Below are positions 20,897 to 31,091 of a DNA stretch of 64,000 nt, piece by piece. Source of the DNA: Tortispora ganteri (lineage: Eukaryota). The notes under the pieces are model-generated. The model made no database searches and was not told where the DNA came from. It worked only from the letters and a program-made list of their open reading frames with translations. Made by a program: the position numbers and the translations under genes. Position 1 is the first letter of the stretch. Every line of letters begins with the position of its first letter. The stretch lies in contig PPNB01000001.1 of NCBI GenBank assembly GCA_003707115.1, positions 1 through 64,000 of the forward strand, given 5' to 3'.

Positions 20897-22834
20897 ATGC
20901 TCATCTCTGATAAAATCAAAGAGTCAAAAAGCTCTAATGGCGCAAATTTCTCGCTGGAGTTCTTCCCCCCGAGAACAGATTTAGGAGCTCACAATATTCA
21001 GGATAGAATTCTTAGACTGTCATCGTTGAATCCGCTGTTTGTCTCTGTCACTTGGGGCGCCGGTGGCTCAACGTCTGAGAAAAGTTTACAGCTTGCAGAA
21101 TATTGTCAGAGTCTTGGTTTGACTACATTGCTTCACCTGACGTGTACGAACATGGATCGATCAGTTCTGGATCACGCACTGAGACGAGCGAAGGACCTGG
21201 GCATACGCAATATTCTCGCACTAAGGGGGGATGCACCGCGAGGACAGGAATATGCTGTAGAGTCTTCTGACGAATTTAAGCAGGCTAGCGACCTTGTGAA
21301 ATACATAAGATCAAGGCACGGAAAATACTTCTGTATTGGCGTGGCAGCGTATCCTGAAGGGCACAGGGACATTTCATCGCTCTCCCCCCAGAGTGTAGAA
21401 AAGGATCTGCCCTATTTAATTGAAAAGGTTGAATCAGGTGCTGATTTCATAATGCTTCAAATGTGCTTCAGCGTTGATACCATTATTAATTTTATTAATG
21501 GGCTTCGTCTAGCACACCCTTGTTTTAAGGACATCCCCATTATTCCCGGCCTGTTACCTATCAACACGTTTCAGTCATTCGCTAGAGCAACGCAGTTAGC
21601 ACACTGTGTTGTTCCTCATAATATATACAGCAGACTTTCCGAGGTCGCTAATGATGACTCTAAAGTTAAAGAGGTTGGAGTCCAAATATTGTCAGACCTG
21701 TGCAATGAACTTTACACGAAAAGCGATGCTGAAATTCGACTATTTCATTTCTATACACTGAACTTGGAAAAATCTGTCGCACTGGTGCTCGATCGGTCTA
21801 ACATATTCAGATTGCCTCCACATATGTCTTCCGTGGATGTCACTTTACCATTCCAGGAAAAACTGGGGAACTCTTCTCGAAGGCGACGTAGATCATCTAT
21901 ATCGACGCACAACAAGGTGTTAGTTGAAGATGCTAGAAGAATAAAGAGTGCCAAATTCACGAGCGATATAGTGGTTGAATCTATTGACCCTAATGGGCAT
22001 GAGCAGCTAGCCCTAGCGATTTCTACTGGTGAAGGAGAGCTGGGACGTCAGGCGACATGGGATGATTTTCCTAATGGCAGATTTGGTGACCCTAGGTCCC
22101 CTGCCTTCACGCTTTCCGGCTATGGCGCTGATCCTTACTCCACGGGCCTAGCAATCTCGCGTATACCTGCTTCGCGGATACTCGATCTATGGGGAACACC
22201 TGAAACCGTAGATGACATTTCGAAGTTGATATGCAAGCATTTGACGAGTGGTACACCTAACTCTTTTCTTCCATGGTCAGACTCGCTACAAGATTTGAGC
22301 GACGAGACTACTACAATTGCTCAGGAACTACTGCGTTTGAATGAATCAGGATATTGGACTATATCTTCTCAGCCGGCGCTTAACGGTGTGCGATCTTCTG
22401 ACCCGATCTATGGTTGGGGTCCTGACAATGGTTATGTGTACCAGAAGGCTTTTGTTGAATTCTTCATCTCTACTGAGAGATGGCATAGTTTGAGAGAGCG
22501 TCTTGATTCGCTGCCTGAAGGAGAAGTGTCATATTATGCTTGTGGATCTAATCCATCTACCTATGTTTCGACAGGCAACGAGACTAACGCAGTCACTTGG
22601 GGTATATTTCCTCATAGAGAGGTTTTGCAACCAACAGTTATAGAGCCGCTGTCATTTCAGACCTGGTCAGAAGAGGTATTTAGAGCATGGAAGACATGGC
22701 AGTCTTTATTTGCTAGTCACACCCAGTCATTCAGATTGTTTCAGGAGATTTATGATACATACTACTTAGTTGCGTTGGTTCATCACGACTACATTGGGAA
22801 TCCATCGAGGCTTTGGGAGTATTTGTTACAGTGA
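20897..22834 (+). CDS. MET12: Methylenetetrahydrofolate reductase (Met12-type)
   Basis: FSLEFFPP, VTWGAGGS, LHLTCTN, NILALRGD, AAYPEGH, HFYTLNLE, WDDFPNGRFGDPRSPAF, GYVYQKAFVEFF; first ATG at 20897. MET12 rather than MET13 inferred from the linker and WDDFPNGRFGD. Confidence 0.88.
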   Translation: MLISDKIKESKSSNGANFSLEFFPPRTDLGAHNIQDRILRLSSLNPLFVSVTWGAGGSTSEKSLQLAEYCQSLGLTTLLHLTCTNMDRSVLDHALRRAKDLGIRNILALRGDAPRGQEYAVESSDEFKQASDLVKYIRSRHGKYFCIGVAAYPEGHRDISSLSPQSVEKDLPYLIEKVESGADFIMLQMCFSVDTIINFINGLRLAHPCFKDIPIIPGLLPINTFQSFARATQLAHCVVPHNIYSRLSEVANDDSKVKEVGVQILSDLCNELYTKSDAEIRLFHFYTLNLEKSVALVLDRSNIFRLPPHMSSVDVTLPFQEKLGNSSRRRRRSSISTHNKVLVEDARRIKSAKFTSDIVVESIDPNGHEQLALAISTGEGELGRQATWDDFPNGRFGDPRSPAFTLSGYGADPYSTGLAISRIPASRILDLWGTPETVDDISKLICKHLTSGTPNSFLPWSDSLQDLSDETTTIAQELLRLNESGYWTISSQPALNGVRSSDPIYGWGPDNGYVYQKAFVEFFISTERWHSLRERLDSLPEGEVSYYACGSNPSTYVSTGNETNAVTWGIFPHREVLQPTVIEPLSFQTWSEEVFRAWKTWQSLFASHTQSFRLFQEIYDTYYLVALVHHDYIGNPSRLWEYLLQ

Positions 22835-22912
22835 TTTTTTCCGCATGTTGCATCGCACTCATACTAGCATCTTGTCCTGCAGTACTTTTGAAGGAATAAT
22901 TGGGTTATTCAT

Positions 22913-23809
22913 ATGGCTAAACGGAAAAACAATGATAATTCTGGACCGAAAAAGAAATCTAAGGTAAATAAAAGATAGTCTGCACTATATTGGTCTCTAA
23001 CGTAATACTAACACTCCTCGTAGAACTGGAACTATGCCACGAAGAAAGGAATTATTGATCCTCAGATAGCAGGTATCTTTGTTACCTGTAATATGAAAAA
23101 AGAGCGTGAATGTTTGAAAGAAATCAGCTCACTTCTTTCCGAGTATGCAGACAAAGTGCAATCGGAAGAGCGCTCGGTTTCAGAGAATGAAGACGAACCC
23201 TCAGACATCGAATCTTCTATACTGAAGGAAATAGCTTCAATTCACAGCAACAAAAACGCTTCATTAAAACCTCTAGTTGAGCCTTACGTCATTAATTGTG
23301 AGTGTGTTTTGTTCTTTCGTCTAAGGAAGCCACTAGACCCAGTAGAAATCGCTTATGATATATGTCGAAAAGCAAAGGAGTCAGGCAAAAGAAGAACAAG
23401 GTATACTCAAAGGATTACTCCTATAACACTGACCGCCACCGCCAATGACAAAGAATTGACCAAATTGTCTCAAATAGTCCTAAAAGACACTTTTCACAAA
23501 TCAGAAGATCAGCCTGCTCTCAAATTCGCGATAAGGCCCTCAATAAGAAATAACGATTCCTTATCTCGAGATAGAATTATTCAGCTTATCGCTTCCAACG
23601 TCGGACGCCCTCATATTGTCAGCTTGAAAGATTTCGACAAATTAATCCTTGTAGAATGCTTTAAAAATACGGTTGGAATGTCAATTGTTGATCAAGAATA
23701 TGAGTCTCTCAAAAGGTTTAATCTCCAACAAATTTACGAGTCAACGATGTTTGTCGAATCTAAAGACACTGAATCACGAGTTAAAACTGGTACACACACC
23801 CCACAATAA
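22913..23809 (+). CDS. TAN1: THUMP-domain tRNA acetylation cofactor; exons 22913-22963 and 23024-23809
   Basis: Exon 1 MAKRKNNDNSGPKKKSK joins in frame to NWNYATKKGIIDPQIAGIFVTCNMKKERECLKE; RTRYTQRITP, FAIRPSIRN, LKRFNL. Confidence 0.9.
22964..23023 (+). other. Spliceosomal intron in TAN1 (60 nt)
   Basis: GTAAAT donor, TACTAAC branch point, TAG acceptor; splicing keeps the frame. Confidence 0.85.
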
Positions 23810-23909
23810 TATATTATACAAATAGTCCATATCTATAATAACATAGTAAGAAGATACTCCTAGACGAGCACCCCTCTATTCACCAAATGCCTCATGATAG
23901 GCTTTCCTA

Positions 23910-26573
23910 TTATCCCCTCAATGACGATTTTTTCGAGTTCCTGGATTTCAAAATTAATTCACATAAAGAGTCCTGTCTCTCATAAAACATTCTTCTTTCT
24001 GCCCCTAGATTTTTAAATCTAGTTACACATTGAACAAAGTGCGAAATGTTTTTGAATGTTCTCTTCTTCGAGTTCTGCTTGGCATTGTCTTTTCCTGTTT
24101 CCGATCTAGGCTTGTCAACAAGTCTAAGCAAAAGTTCATCGTTTTTTTTATATTGAACGAGTTCCAGTTCCAAGAACCGTTTAATAAAAGTTAAAGATTC
24201 TTGCCTGACTGCTTGACGCTCGAGTTTTTGCGTAATAAAGGAGACACATTTTTTAAAACCTTTCCTCTCCGCTTCGATATTCTGAGTAAGGTTTCTAATC
24301 TCATCTCGCACTGCACTTTGTATTGCTTGCATTTTAGAATTGGCTTTGTCAGACTTTCTCTTCAGCTCTTCGCTTTGACTCAAAATTCTGTCAAGCTCTA
24401 CCTTGATTTGCTGAGTCTCTTTTGATTTGGCCTCAATATCATGCCTTAGTTGATCTATTTGCACATCTTTCGAGTTCATAATATCTCGCCATGATTCTGT
24501 CGGTATTGAGCTTTTTAATTGATCATATATCTGCTTATATTCTGCGCATTTGATTTGTAGTTGCTCTTTTAACTCTTCATTATTCGCTTTCGTGTCGCTT
24601 TCGGCTAGCTTGATGTCATAGAGTTGCTTCCTGAGAGATTCAGATTCCTTTTGAAGCTCTTCAAACTCCATCTTAAATCTGTGTAGTTCATTCTCAGAGT
24701 GCTTCACCTGGCTCTCAAGTGTACGAGTCTTAGAAGCGCAATTCATCAATTCGACCTCAACGTTGTCGCGCTCTGATCTCAACTTCCTGATTATATCCTG
24801 ATCCTGATCTAATGACCCAGTTGCTGCAACAAGCTTAGCATTCAACTTGTCAACTTCCGATTGCAACGAGAGAACAGCTTGCGACGAGTGTTCTGCATAA
24901 GAGCTAGTACCAACTTTCAGCTTCGAAATTTGCTCTTGAAGGCTTGAAATTTCTTGGTCCTTGCGAGATTCAAGTTGCTTGGCTGAATTTAACTCCGATT
25001 CCAGGGAGCAAAGTTTTCGCTTGTATATTTCAGATTCTGACTTGTGCATCTCAATAGTAGATTTGTATTGCTCAATCTGCGCAACATTTTCTTCCTGTTT
25101 CGCTTTAAGACGCTTGTATTCTTCTTTGTTTTTATGAGCTAATGCCTTCCAATTTTCCATCTCCTGCCGTGACGTATGTATAGCCTGTCTGAGACGATTA
25201 GTCTCTTCACCCGCTTGTTGCATCTGTGCGTTGTATTCTTCCTTGATGCTGGCTATTTGTTGGCTCTGTCGAATAATTGTCTCTTGAAAAATTGAAGCTG
25301 CTTGCACTTGATTTGAAGATTTTGAGCCATCAGACATATCTACATCCTGTTCTGATAAAGCCCGTTTGGCGTCATTCAGTTGTGTTGACAACTCTGCCAT
25401 TTGCTGTTGCCAGGTAGTTTTCTCGTTCTGAAGGGATTCAAGTTGAAAACGTAGTTGATTCAGACTCTGGGATGCTGTCTGCTGATTTTCATTGAGCTGC
25501 TGCTGTAACTGCTCATTTATACTGGTTATTTGAATCCTCTCTCTAAGGTTGTTCTCAAGTGTTTCAATTTCAGCACTTTTTTGAGAGATTAGTATTGTCT
25601 TTTCTTTGATCTGGTTTTCCAGTTGTTCTATCTCCTCATTCTTATTAGATATTATGCGTTCAAAATAATGGTTATCGCTTTCCAGTTCTTCAATGTGCTT
25701 TTGCTTTTCTTCAAGAAGAGCTTCATCTGAGAGCCCGGCCTGCTGAATCTCTTCCAATTTACTTCTAGTGTGATCTAGACTAATTTCGAGCGCTTGCTTT
25801 TCGGCTTCTAAGTCTCCAACATTATTCTCTAGTTGTGAGACTTTTTCTTCAAGGTCTGTGATCTTTGATTGTTTTAGCGAATAAGATTCAAACGACTCAT
25901 TCAAAGAGGATTTAAGTGAATCGAGGAGGTTCTGCGAAAAGCGATTATCCGTTGAAGTCACTTCTAGCAGCTTTTCAGCTACTTCTCTGTCCCTTGGAAT
26001 AATTTTTTCTGATAGCATAATATCAATTAATGCAGAGTACTGAGATTCAAGAGATTTATAAGACGCTTTCAAGCTAGTGAACTCATTCTCCAAAGCGCTG
26101 CTTCTGCTCATGCTTTCAACAAAGGTTTTACACTGACTTTGTACTTCTTTCTCTGAAATCCCTTTAGATTCCATAAGATACATTACTTTAATCTTCAAAT
26201 CCAAATTTTCCTTTGTAAGTTCCTGGACCCTTTTTTCCTGCTCTCTGAGTGACAGTTTAGTCTTGTCGACTTGCGGGGAGAAGTTAATGTTTCCGGGTTC
26301 AGTTGTATAGGCAGATTCATTATGTATGCTTGAATTCAATTCTGGTGTTGTGATCTGGCGTAAAGGGCGCCGAACCGAGTTCAGTAGCGGTGTGAATTCT
26401 TTCGTGAGGCTAACTGATACATCGCCTAACAATTTCCTAGAAACGGGTGTCTTGAAGTTCGCCATAGTCACATCGCTAGATGGCACATGAAATGACTCTC
26501 GTGAAAAATCATCAAAAGAAAAGGATTCATCCTCCACAACATCACTGGCAGTAGTTCTACTTGGAGTTTCCAT
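23910..26573 (-). CDS. Spindle pole body gamma-tubulin complex receptor, Spc110/Pcp1 (pericentrin-like) family
   Basis: CM1 motif LSLREQEKRVQELTKENLDLKIKVMYL, N-terminal TP sites, long coiled coil, C-terminal PACT-like QESLTFIKRFL...RTFKNISHFVQCVTRFKNL. Confidence 0.75.
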   Translation of the reverse strand: METPSRTTASDVVEDESFSFDDFSRESFHVPSSDVTMANFKTPVSRKLLGDVSVSLTKEFTPLLNSVRRPLRQITTPELNSSIHNESAYTTEPGNINFSPQVDKTKLSLREQEKRVQELTKENLDLKIKVMYLMESKGISEKEVQSQCKTFVESMSRSSALENEFTSLKASYKSLESQYSALIDIMLSEKIIPRDREVAEKLLEVTSTDNRFSQNLLDSLKSSLNESFESYSLKQSKITDLEEKVSQLENNVGDLEAEKQALEISLDHTRSKLEEIQQAGLSDEALLEEKQKHIEELESDNHYFERIISNKNEEIEQLENQIKEKTILISQKSAEIETLENNLRERIQITSINEQLQQQLNENQQTASQSLNQLRFQLESLQNEKTTWQQQMAELSTQLNDAKRALSEQDVDMSDGSKSSNQVQAASIFQETIIRQSQQIASIKEEYNAQMQQAGEETNRLRQAIHTSRQEMENWKALAHKNKEEYKRLKAKQEENVAQIEQYKSTIEMHKSESEIYKRKLCSLESELNSAKQLESRKDQEISSLQEQISKLKVGTSSYAEHSSQAVLSLQSEVDKLNAKLVAATGSLDQDQDIIRKLRSERDNVEVELMNCASKTRTLESQVKHSENELHRFKMEFEELQKESESLRKQLYDIKLAESDTKANNEELKEQLQIKCAEYKQIYDQLKSSIPTESWRDIMNSKDVQIDQLRHDIEAKSKETQQIKVELDRILSQSEELKRKSDKANSKMQAIQSAVRDEIRNLTQNIEAERKGFKKCVSFITQKLERQAVRQESLTFIKRFLELELVQYKKNDELLLRLVDKPRSETGKDNAKQNSKKRTFKNISHFVQCVTRFKNLGAERRMFYERQDSLCELILKSRNSKKSSLRG

Positions 26574-26648
26574 TTGTGTAGAGGTTTGATATCAGAGCTT
26601 GAGAAGTGTTGTGTTTACACCAAGTACAAATATAGCAATGCGGCTCCA

Positions 26649-26708
26649 TAGGGTTGATAGGGTTAGGAACGGAAATGCCTGTGATGGATTCTGCCCCTTT
26701 TGACGTCA
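26649..26708. promoter_or_regulatory. Divergent promoter motifs: two TAGGGTT copies (26649, 26658) and a CRE palindrome TGACGTCA (26701-26708)
   Basis: Exact motifs in the 214-bp gap between divergent genes; function inferred (Tbf1-type and ATF/CREB-type sites). Confidence 0.35.
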
Positions 26709-26787
26709 CCGGGGTATCGATCAATATAGGAACCGGCACAGTGTGATACATTCTTATTTATTTTTTCTGTGGTGATTAGCCGAAGAT

Positions 26788-28599
26788 ATGGATCTTGCGG
26801 ATCAATGGTTAGAATGGGACCAGGTAAGTTTGAAGTGATGCAATAATATAGGATTGCGAAAGGTATCGCTAAGTTGATTGATTACTCATATTAACACAAT
26901 GAAGAACCCGCAAACCCGGCAAGTGATAGAGAAGCTGAGGAAAGAAAAGAATGTCAAAGAACTGGAAAATCGCCTATCCTCTCGACTTGAGTTTGGTACT
27001 GCCGGCCTAAGAGGGAAAATGGATGGAGGCTTCTGTTATATGAACGAACTGACTGTGATTCAAGCTTCTCAGGGCCTTGCAGTTTATCTTCGCAGAGCCG
27101 TCGAAAATGCTCTAGATAGAGGTGTAGTAATTGGATATGACCATCGACACAATTCAGTTGATTTCGCTCAAGTAACTGCTGCTGTATTTCTTCATTTTGG
27201 ATTCAAAGTATACTATTATGAAAAAATGGTGCACACCCCGATGGTTCCATTTGGAGTGAAGCGCCTGAATGCGGCCGCCGGCATAATGATTACGGCCAGT
27301 CATAACCCCGCTCAGGATAATGGATACAAGGTGTATTGGGAAAACGCCTCCCAAATCATACCTCCACATGATTCGAATGTTGCGAAATGTATAAGTGAAA
27401 ACTTGAAGCCCCTAACGTGGGACAAAGGAGCTGCGGATATTATGGGCATTAAATGTTACGATTCAATGTTTCAAGAGTATATTCAGGAAGTAGCGACCAA
27501 GCTGCCTATAATACATCCTACTGCTCATATTGATGTTGTTTATACAGCAATGCATGGTGTGGGTTCTACTCCATTCAAGGCTGCTCTGAAATATTCCGCT
27601 GTGGAAGCCACGATTAACCATGTACTCGCTCAAGATTCTCCTGATCCCGATTTTCCCACAGTTTCTTTTCCTAATCCCGAAGAGCACGGTGCACTCGATT
27701 TATCTATTCAGCTGGCAGACTCTCTAACAGATGTGGATGTCATTCTTGCCAATGACCCAGATGCTGATCGCTGTGCAGTAGCAGCAAAGAAGAAAGGCTC
27801 ATTTATCCAGCTCTCTGGAAACCAGTTAGGTGTATTGTTTGCTGCGTTTGTTTTAGAATATTACAGGTCAAGCGGCAGGGATTCGAAAACACTTGCCATG
27901 TTGAATTCCACTGTTTCCTCGCAGATGCTTCAAGCTATTGCCCAGAAAGAAGGGTTCAGATATGAAGACACGCTGACAGGGTTCAAATGGCTAGGAAATC
28001 GAGCTCAAGTTTTAGAAAATGAAGGATTTCTGGTCCCTTTTGCCTATGAGGAGGCTTTAGGATACATGTTTCCTATTGTTCATGATAAAGATGGCATCAC
28101 AGCTTGTATTGTGGCCATGAGAATGGCTGCATATTATAAAGCACAAGGAATTGACCTTTTTGAAAAGCTTGAGCAGCTTTATGAGAAGTATGGATACTTC
28201 GTCTCGATTAATTCCTACTTCCGCGTTCCTGTACCTGCACTTACAGGAGAAGTGTTTAATTTCATTCGTGGGCTCAAATCACCATTTCCCGATAAACTTG
28301 GAAGATTTTCGATTACGTCTTGGCGAGATTTAACCATTGGTTATGATTCTACAACGGTTGATCATGTTCCTGTACTTCCAGTTTCTAAATCTTCCGAAAT
28401 GATAACTTTTCAACTTGACAACGGTATGGTTAAAGTTACAATGCGTGGTAGCGGTACCGAACCGAAATTGAAGGTCTATGTTGAAGCTAAATCAAATAAC
28501 ATTAGCAAAGCTACAGATATATGTAAAACTGTGTGGGAGAGTATTCAATCTGAATGGATTCGCGGTGATATAACAGGTCTACAATTGTGCGCATTCTAG
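26788..28599 (+). CDS. PRM15: Phosphoribomutase / phosphoglucomutase-2-like (Prm15/Pgm3 type); exons 26788-26823 and 26905-28599
   Basis: Exon 1 MDLADQWLEWDQ plus NPQTR..; FGTAGLRG, phosphoserine motif MITASHNP, ANDPDADR, TLTGFKW, YEEALG, RGSGTEPKLKVY. Confidence 0.85.
26824..26904 (+). other. Intron in PRM15-like gene (81 nt) with AAG acceptor
   Basis: GTAAGT donor, TATTAAC branch-like site, GAAG|AAC; splicing restores the family-typical W..WD.NP.TR start. Confidence 0.7.
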
Positions 28600-28670
28600 A
28601 CTATTTTAGTGGATATAATATAATACTTATATTAAACCTTAAATTAATTAAGCTCTAGTCGTGTTTATTA

Positions 28671-29750
28671 TCATAACACGAATAATAAGTTGGTATCAAT
28701 AGGGTGACCAGATGATAATTGTGGCTTTTGAGAATATTTACCTTGAAGAACAGATCTCATGCCTTGAAGTAGAGTCAGATAACTATACTGCTGTCCAGTT
28801 GACATGACTTTAATAAAGGCATAGGACATAGCGCCTGTAGCCATACCATTTTCAGTTGCGTCAGCACTTGTCTGGTTGTCTTTGCAACCAGATATCTGTA
28901 TCACATCAGCGGCGGTGGCTTTGGTCTGTCTGGCTCTTTCAGAGGCTCCTTTGCCAGTAGTCACTCGTTTAAAGACACTACCTATATTAGACACAGCACC
29001 CATTATATCTCCACTAGCGTATTCCATGACGGCAGAGAGAGCACCTTTGCCCGCGTCCTTGTATAAGTTAGGTTCCTTAATAATGCCTTCCGTGGAATAT
29101 GTGAATGGAAGGTCCAGGGCGGAGCCTGAATGACACGAGTCAAATAGAGCTGTGAGTCTACATCCGGGAGGGAGTCTTCTTACCAATATGTCATGAATCT
29201 GATCGTCCACGATCTGACCTGCGCGTTGGAAGTCCACTGGATATATTGTCTCATCATACCCGTCATCTTCATCACCGTCAAGATCCGCTGTTTGGCCTCC
29301 ATGGCCAGAGAAGTGAAAAAATAAAGAGTCATTAGGGTGAGCATCAGCGACTAACCAGCACATAGCATCTAATATATTTTGCCGCGTGGGCACCGATCTC
29401 GGATTCTGCTGATCGTCAGTAAGAATAACCATATCTTCCCACTTGTATCCAAATCTCTGATTTAAAAAGTTAGACATGTTTCGAACGTCATTTATACATC
29501 CTCGTAACTGTGCTTTAGTATTAAAGTAGTTGATCCCTACCAGCAGAGCTTTGCGTTTACCCTGACAATTAGAATATTGATAAGTGTAGTTTGTGCCATA
29601 GCCAAATTGCTGCGGGTTTGTGGGGGGCGCATGCATACCCTGTTGCAAATATCCTTGCTGTTGCTGCTGCCGCGGAACATATCTCTGTTGATTTCCTTGA
29701 TACATTTGTGGTGGTGCTTGAGAGTACCTGTTGTAGTTGCTGTAAGACAT
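28671..29750 (-). CDS. MCA1: Type I metacaspase
   Basis: Q/N/Y-rich prodomain, KALLVGINY, LRGCINDV, FHFSGHGG, DSCHSG (His-Cys dyad), QKPQLSS. Confidence 0.96.
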   Translation of the reverse strand: MSYSNYNRYSQAPPQMYQGNQQRYVPRQQQQQGYLQQGMHAPPTNPQQFGYGTNYTYQYSNCQGKRKALLVGINYFNTKAQLRGCINDVRNMSNFLNQRFGYKWEDMVILTDDQQNPRSVPTRQNILDAMCWLVADAHPNDSLFFHFSGHGGQTADLDGDEDDGYDETIYPVDFQRAGQIVDDQIHDILVRRLPPGCRLTALFDSCHSGSALDLPFTYSTEGIIKEPNLYKDAGKGALSAVMEYASGDIMGAVSNIGSVFKRVTTGKGASERARQTKATAADVIQISGCKDNQTSADATENGMATGAMSYAFIKVMSTGQQYSYLTLLQGMRSVLQGKYSQKPQLSSGHPIDTNLLFVL

Positions 29751-29933
29751 TATTACACCGAGGCGATGCGAAGATTGAATGCGTAGGAGTTGCGAAGCAG
29801 GGTGGAGGGGTCGAGGTTACAGGGTGGAACGGCTTTTTTCCCGCAAGATGGCAGGAGGTTCTACAATTACGAATAATCGAAAGATGTATGCACATCAAAC
29901 CCGTATAGTATAGCTCAAATAGACGGCATTAAG

Positions 29934-30518
29934 TTATGCAAATAAATCCCAATCTTTTACTTGTAGTTTCTGTACTATTTGTTTCATCATTGCTTCACAT
30001 GTCTGAATAAGCGGTATAGTAACCGTAGATTCCTGAGAAAGCATTTGCTCGAGCGTGGAGGCGCCATTGGCTTCAGAAACAGGACAGTTCAGCGTAATCG
30101 CCATATCTGTTTTGCCTTGGTATAATCTAATAGTGGCTATAACGCCAATGTAGGGCTGATTCTCGAATCCAGACGGCGCCTTCTTGGGACCCACATGAGA
30201 CCCGGAAACTGCAGTAGTATATACAATTACAGGATACGATGCATCATTCTCGTATGTTTCTTCTTTGAGGATTTTGTATTCAGTCGGATTGAGCCCGTTA
30301 AAATCCATTATGTCGTCAATGATATCAGTGTGGGCCTTCTTTAAGTCTTCAATGTGCTCGAGCTCTAGGAGATCAAATATAAGGGAAATAGGGTGTCCAT
30401 TTCCTTCTAAAACAAACACCTCTTCATCGTCAGGTACTTCGCGAAAACCTGAGACATCTACAAATCCTTCCGGTATTTCTGTAACAATCGCTCCTCCATA
30501 TAGCTCAGTTAAAGCCAT
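29934..30518 (-). CDS. MOG1: Ran-binding protein Mog1
   Basis: LYGGAI...P.GFVDVSGFREVPDDEEVF, SLIFDLLE, C-terminal VKDWDLF. Confidence 0.9.
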   Translation of the reverse strand: MALTELYGGAIVTEIPEGFVDVSGFREVPDDEEVFVLEGNGHPISLIFDLLELEHIEDLKKAHTDIIDDIMDFNGLNPTEYKILKEETYENDASYPVIVYTTAVSGSHVGPKKAPSGFENQPYIGVIATIRLYQGKTDMAITLNCPVSEANGASTLEQMLSQESTVTIPLIQTCEAMMKQIVQKLQVKDWDLFA

Positions 30519-30673
30519 TTGAATCTTATAAGTCAGTAGGTAAATTACTTCTAAACCTTAGGGAAAGAGAAATCGAATGGCTGTCTGCCAACTACCACCA
30601 CCGACAAAAATTAAACCTAGTCCAATTCACATTTCCTCATTGATAAAAGTACAGGTAATTTACGCAAAAGTCA

Positions 30674-31055
30674 TTAATCACTTTCCAGTCCAAGTTCCAG
30701 TTCCTGTGCAAGCCTGTCCTCGTCAGAGTCTTCCTCTATTTCTCCTATATCTGCTTCGTCCGCAATTGCACTTTTGACTCGCTTCGCTTCTTCACCAGGA
30801 TCAAGATCAATAGATGCAGGTCTCTTACTTCCTGTCTTCAGAACTTCTTCAGCTCCGTTTCCTTCACCAGTAGTTTTGCTTGTCTTTGCTGCAGAACTCT
30901 TCCTAGAAAGCTCCCCGTTAACTTCGTTCTCAATTTTTTTGTCATCATCGCTTTTCTCAGCATAACAATTACCATTCATTCTGTCACTTTCTTTTTTACT
31001 GCCGTCATCATAATCGTTATCCTGGTCAGTATTATTTTCGTCATCGTCATTATTA

Positions 31056-31091
<36 letters not shown>

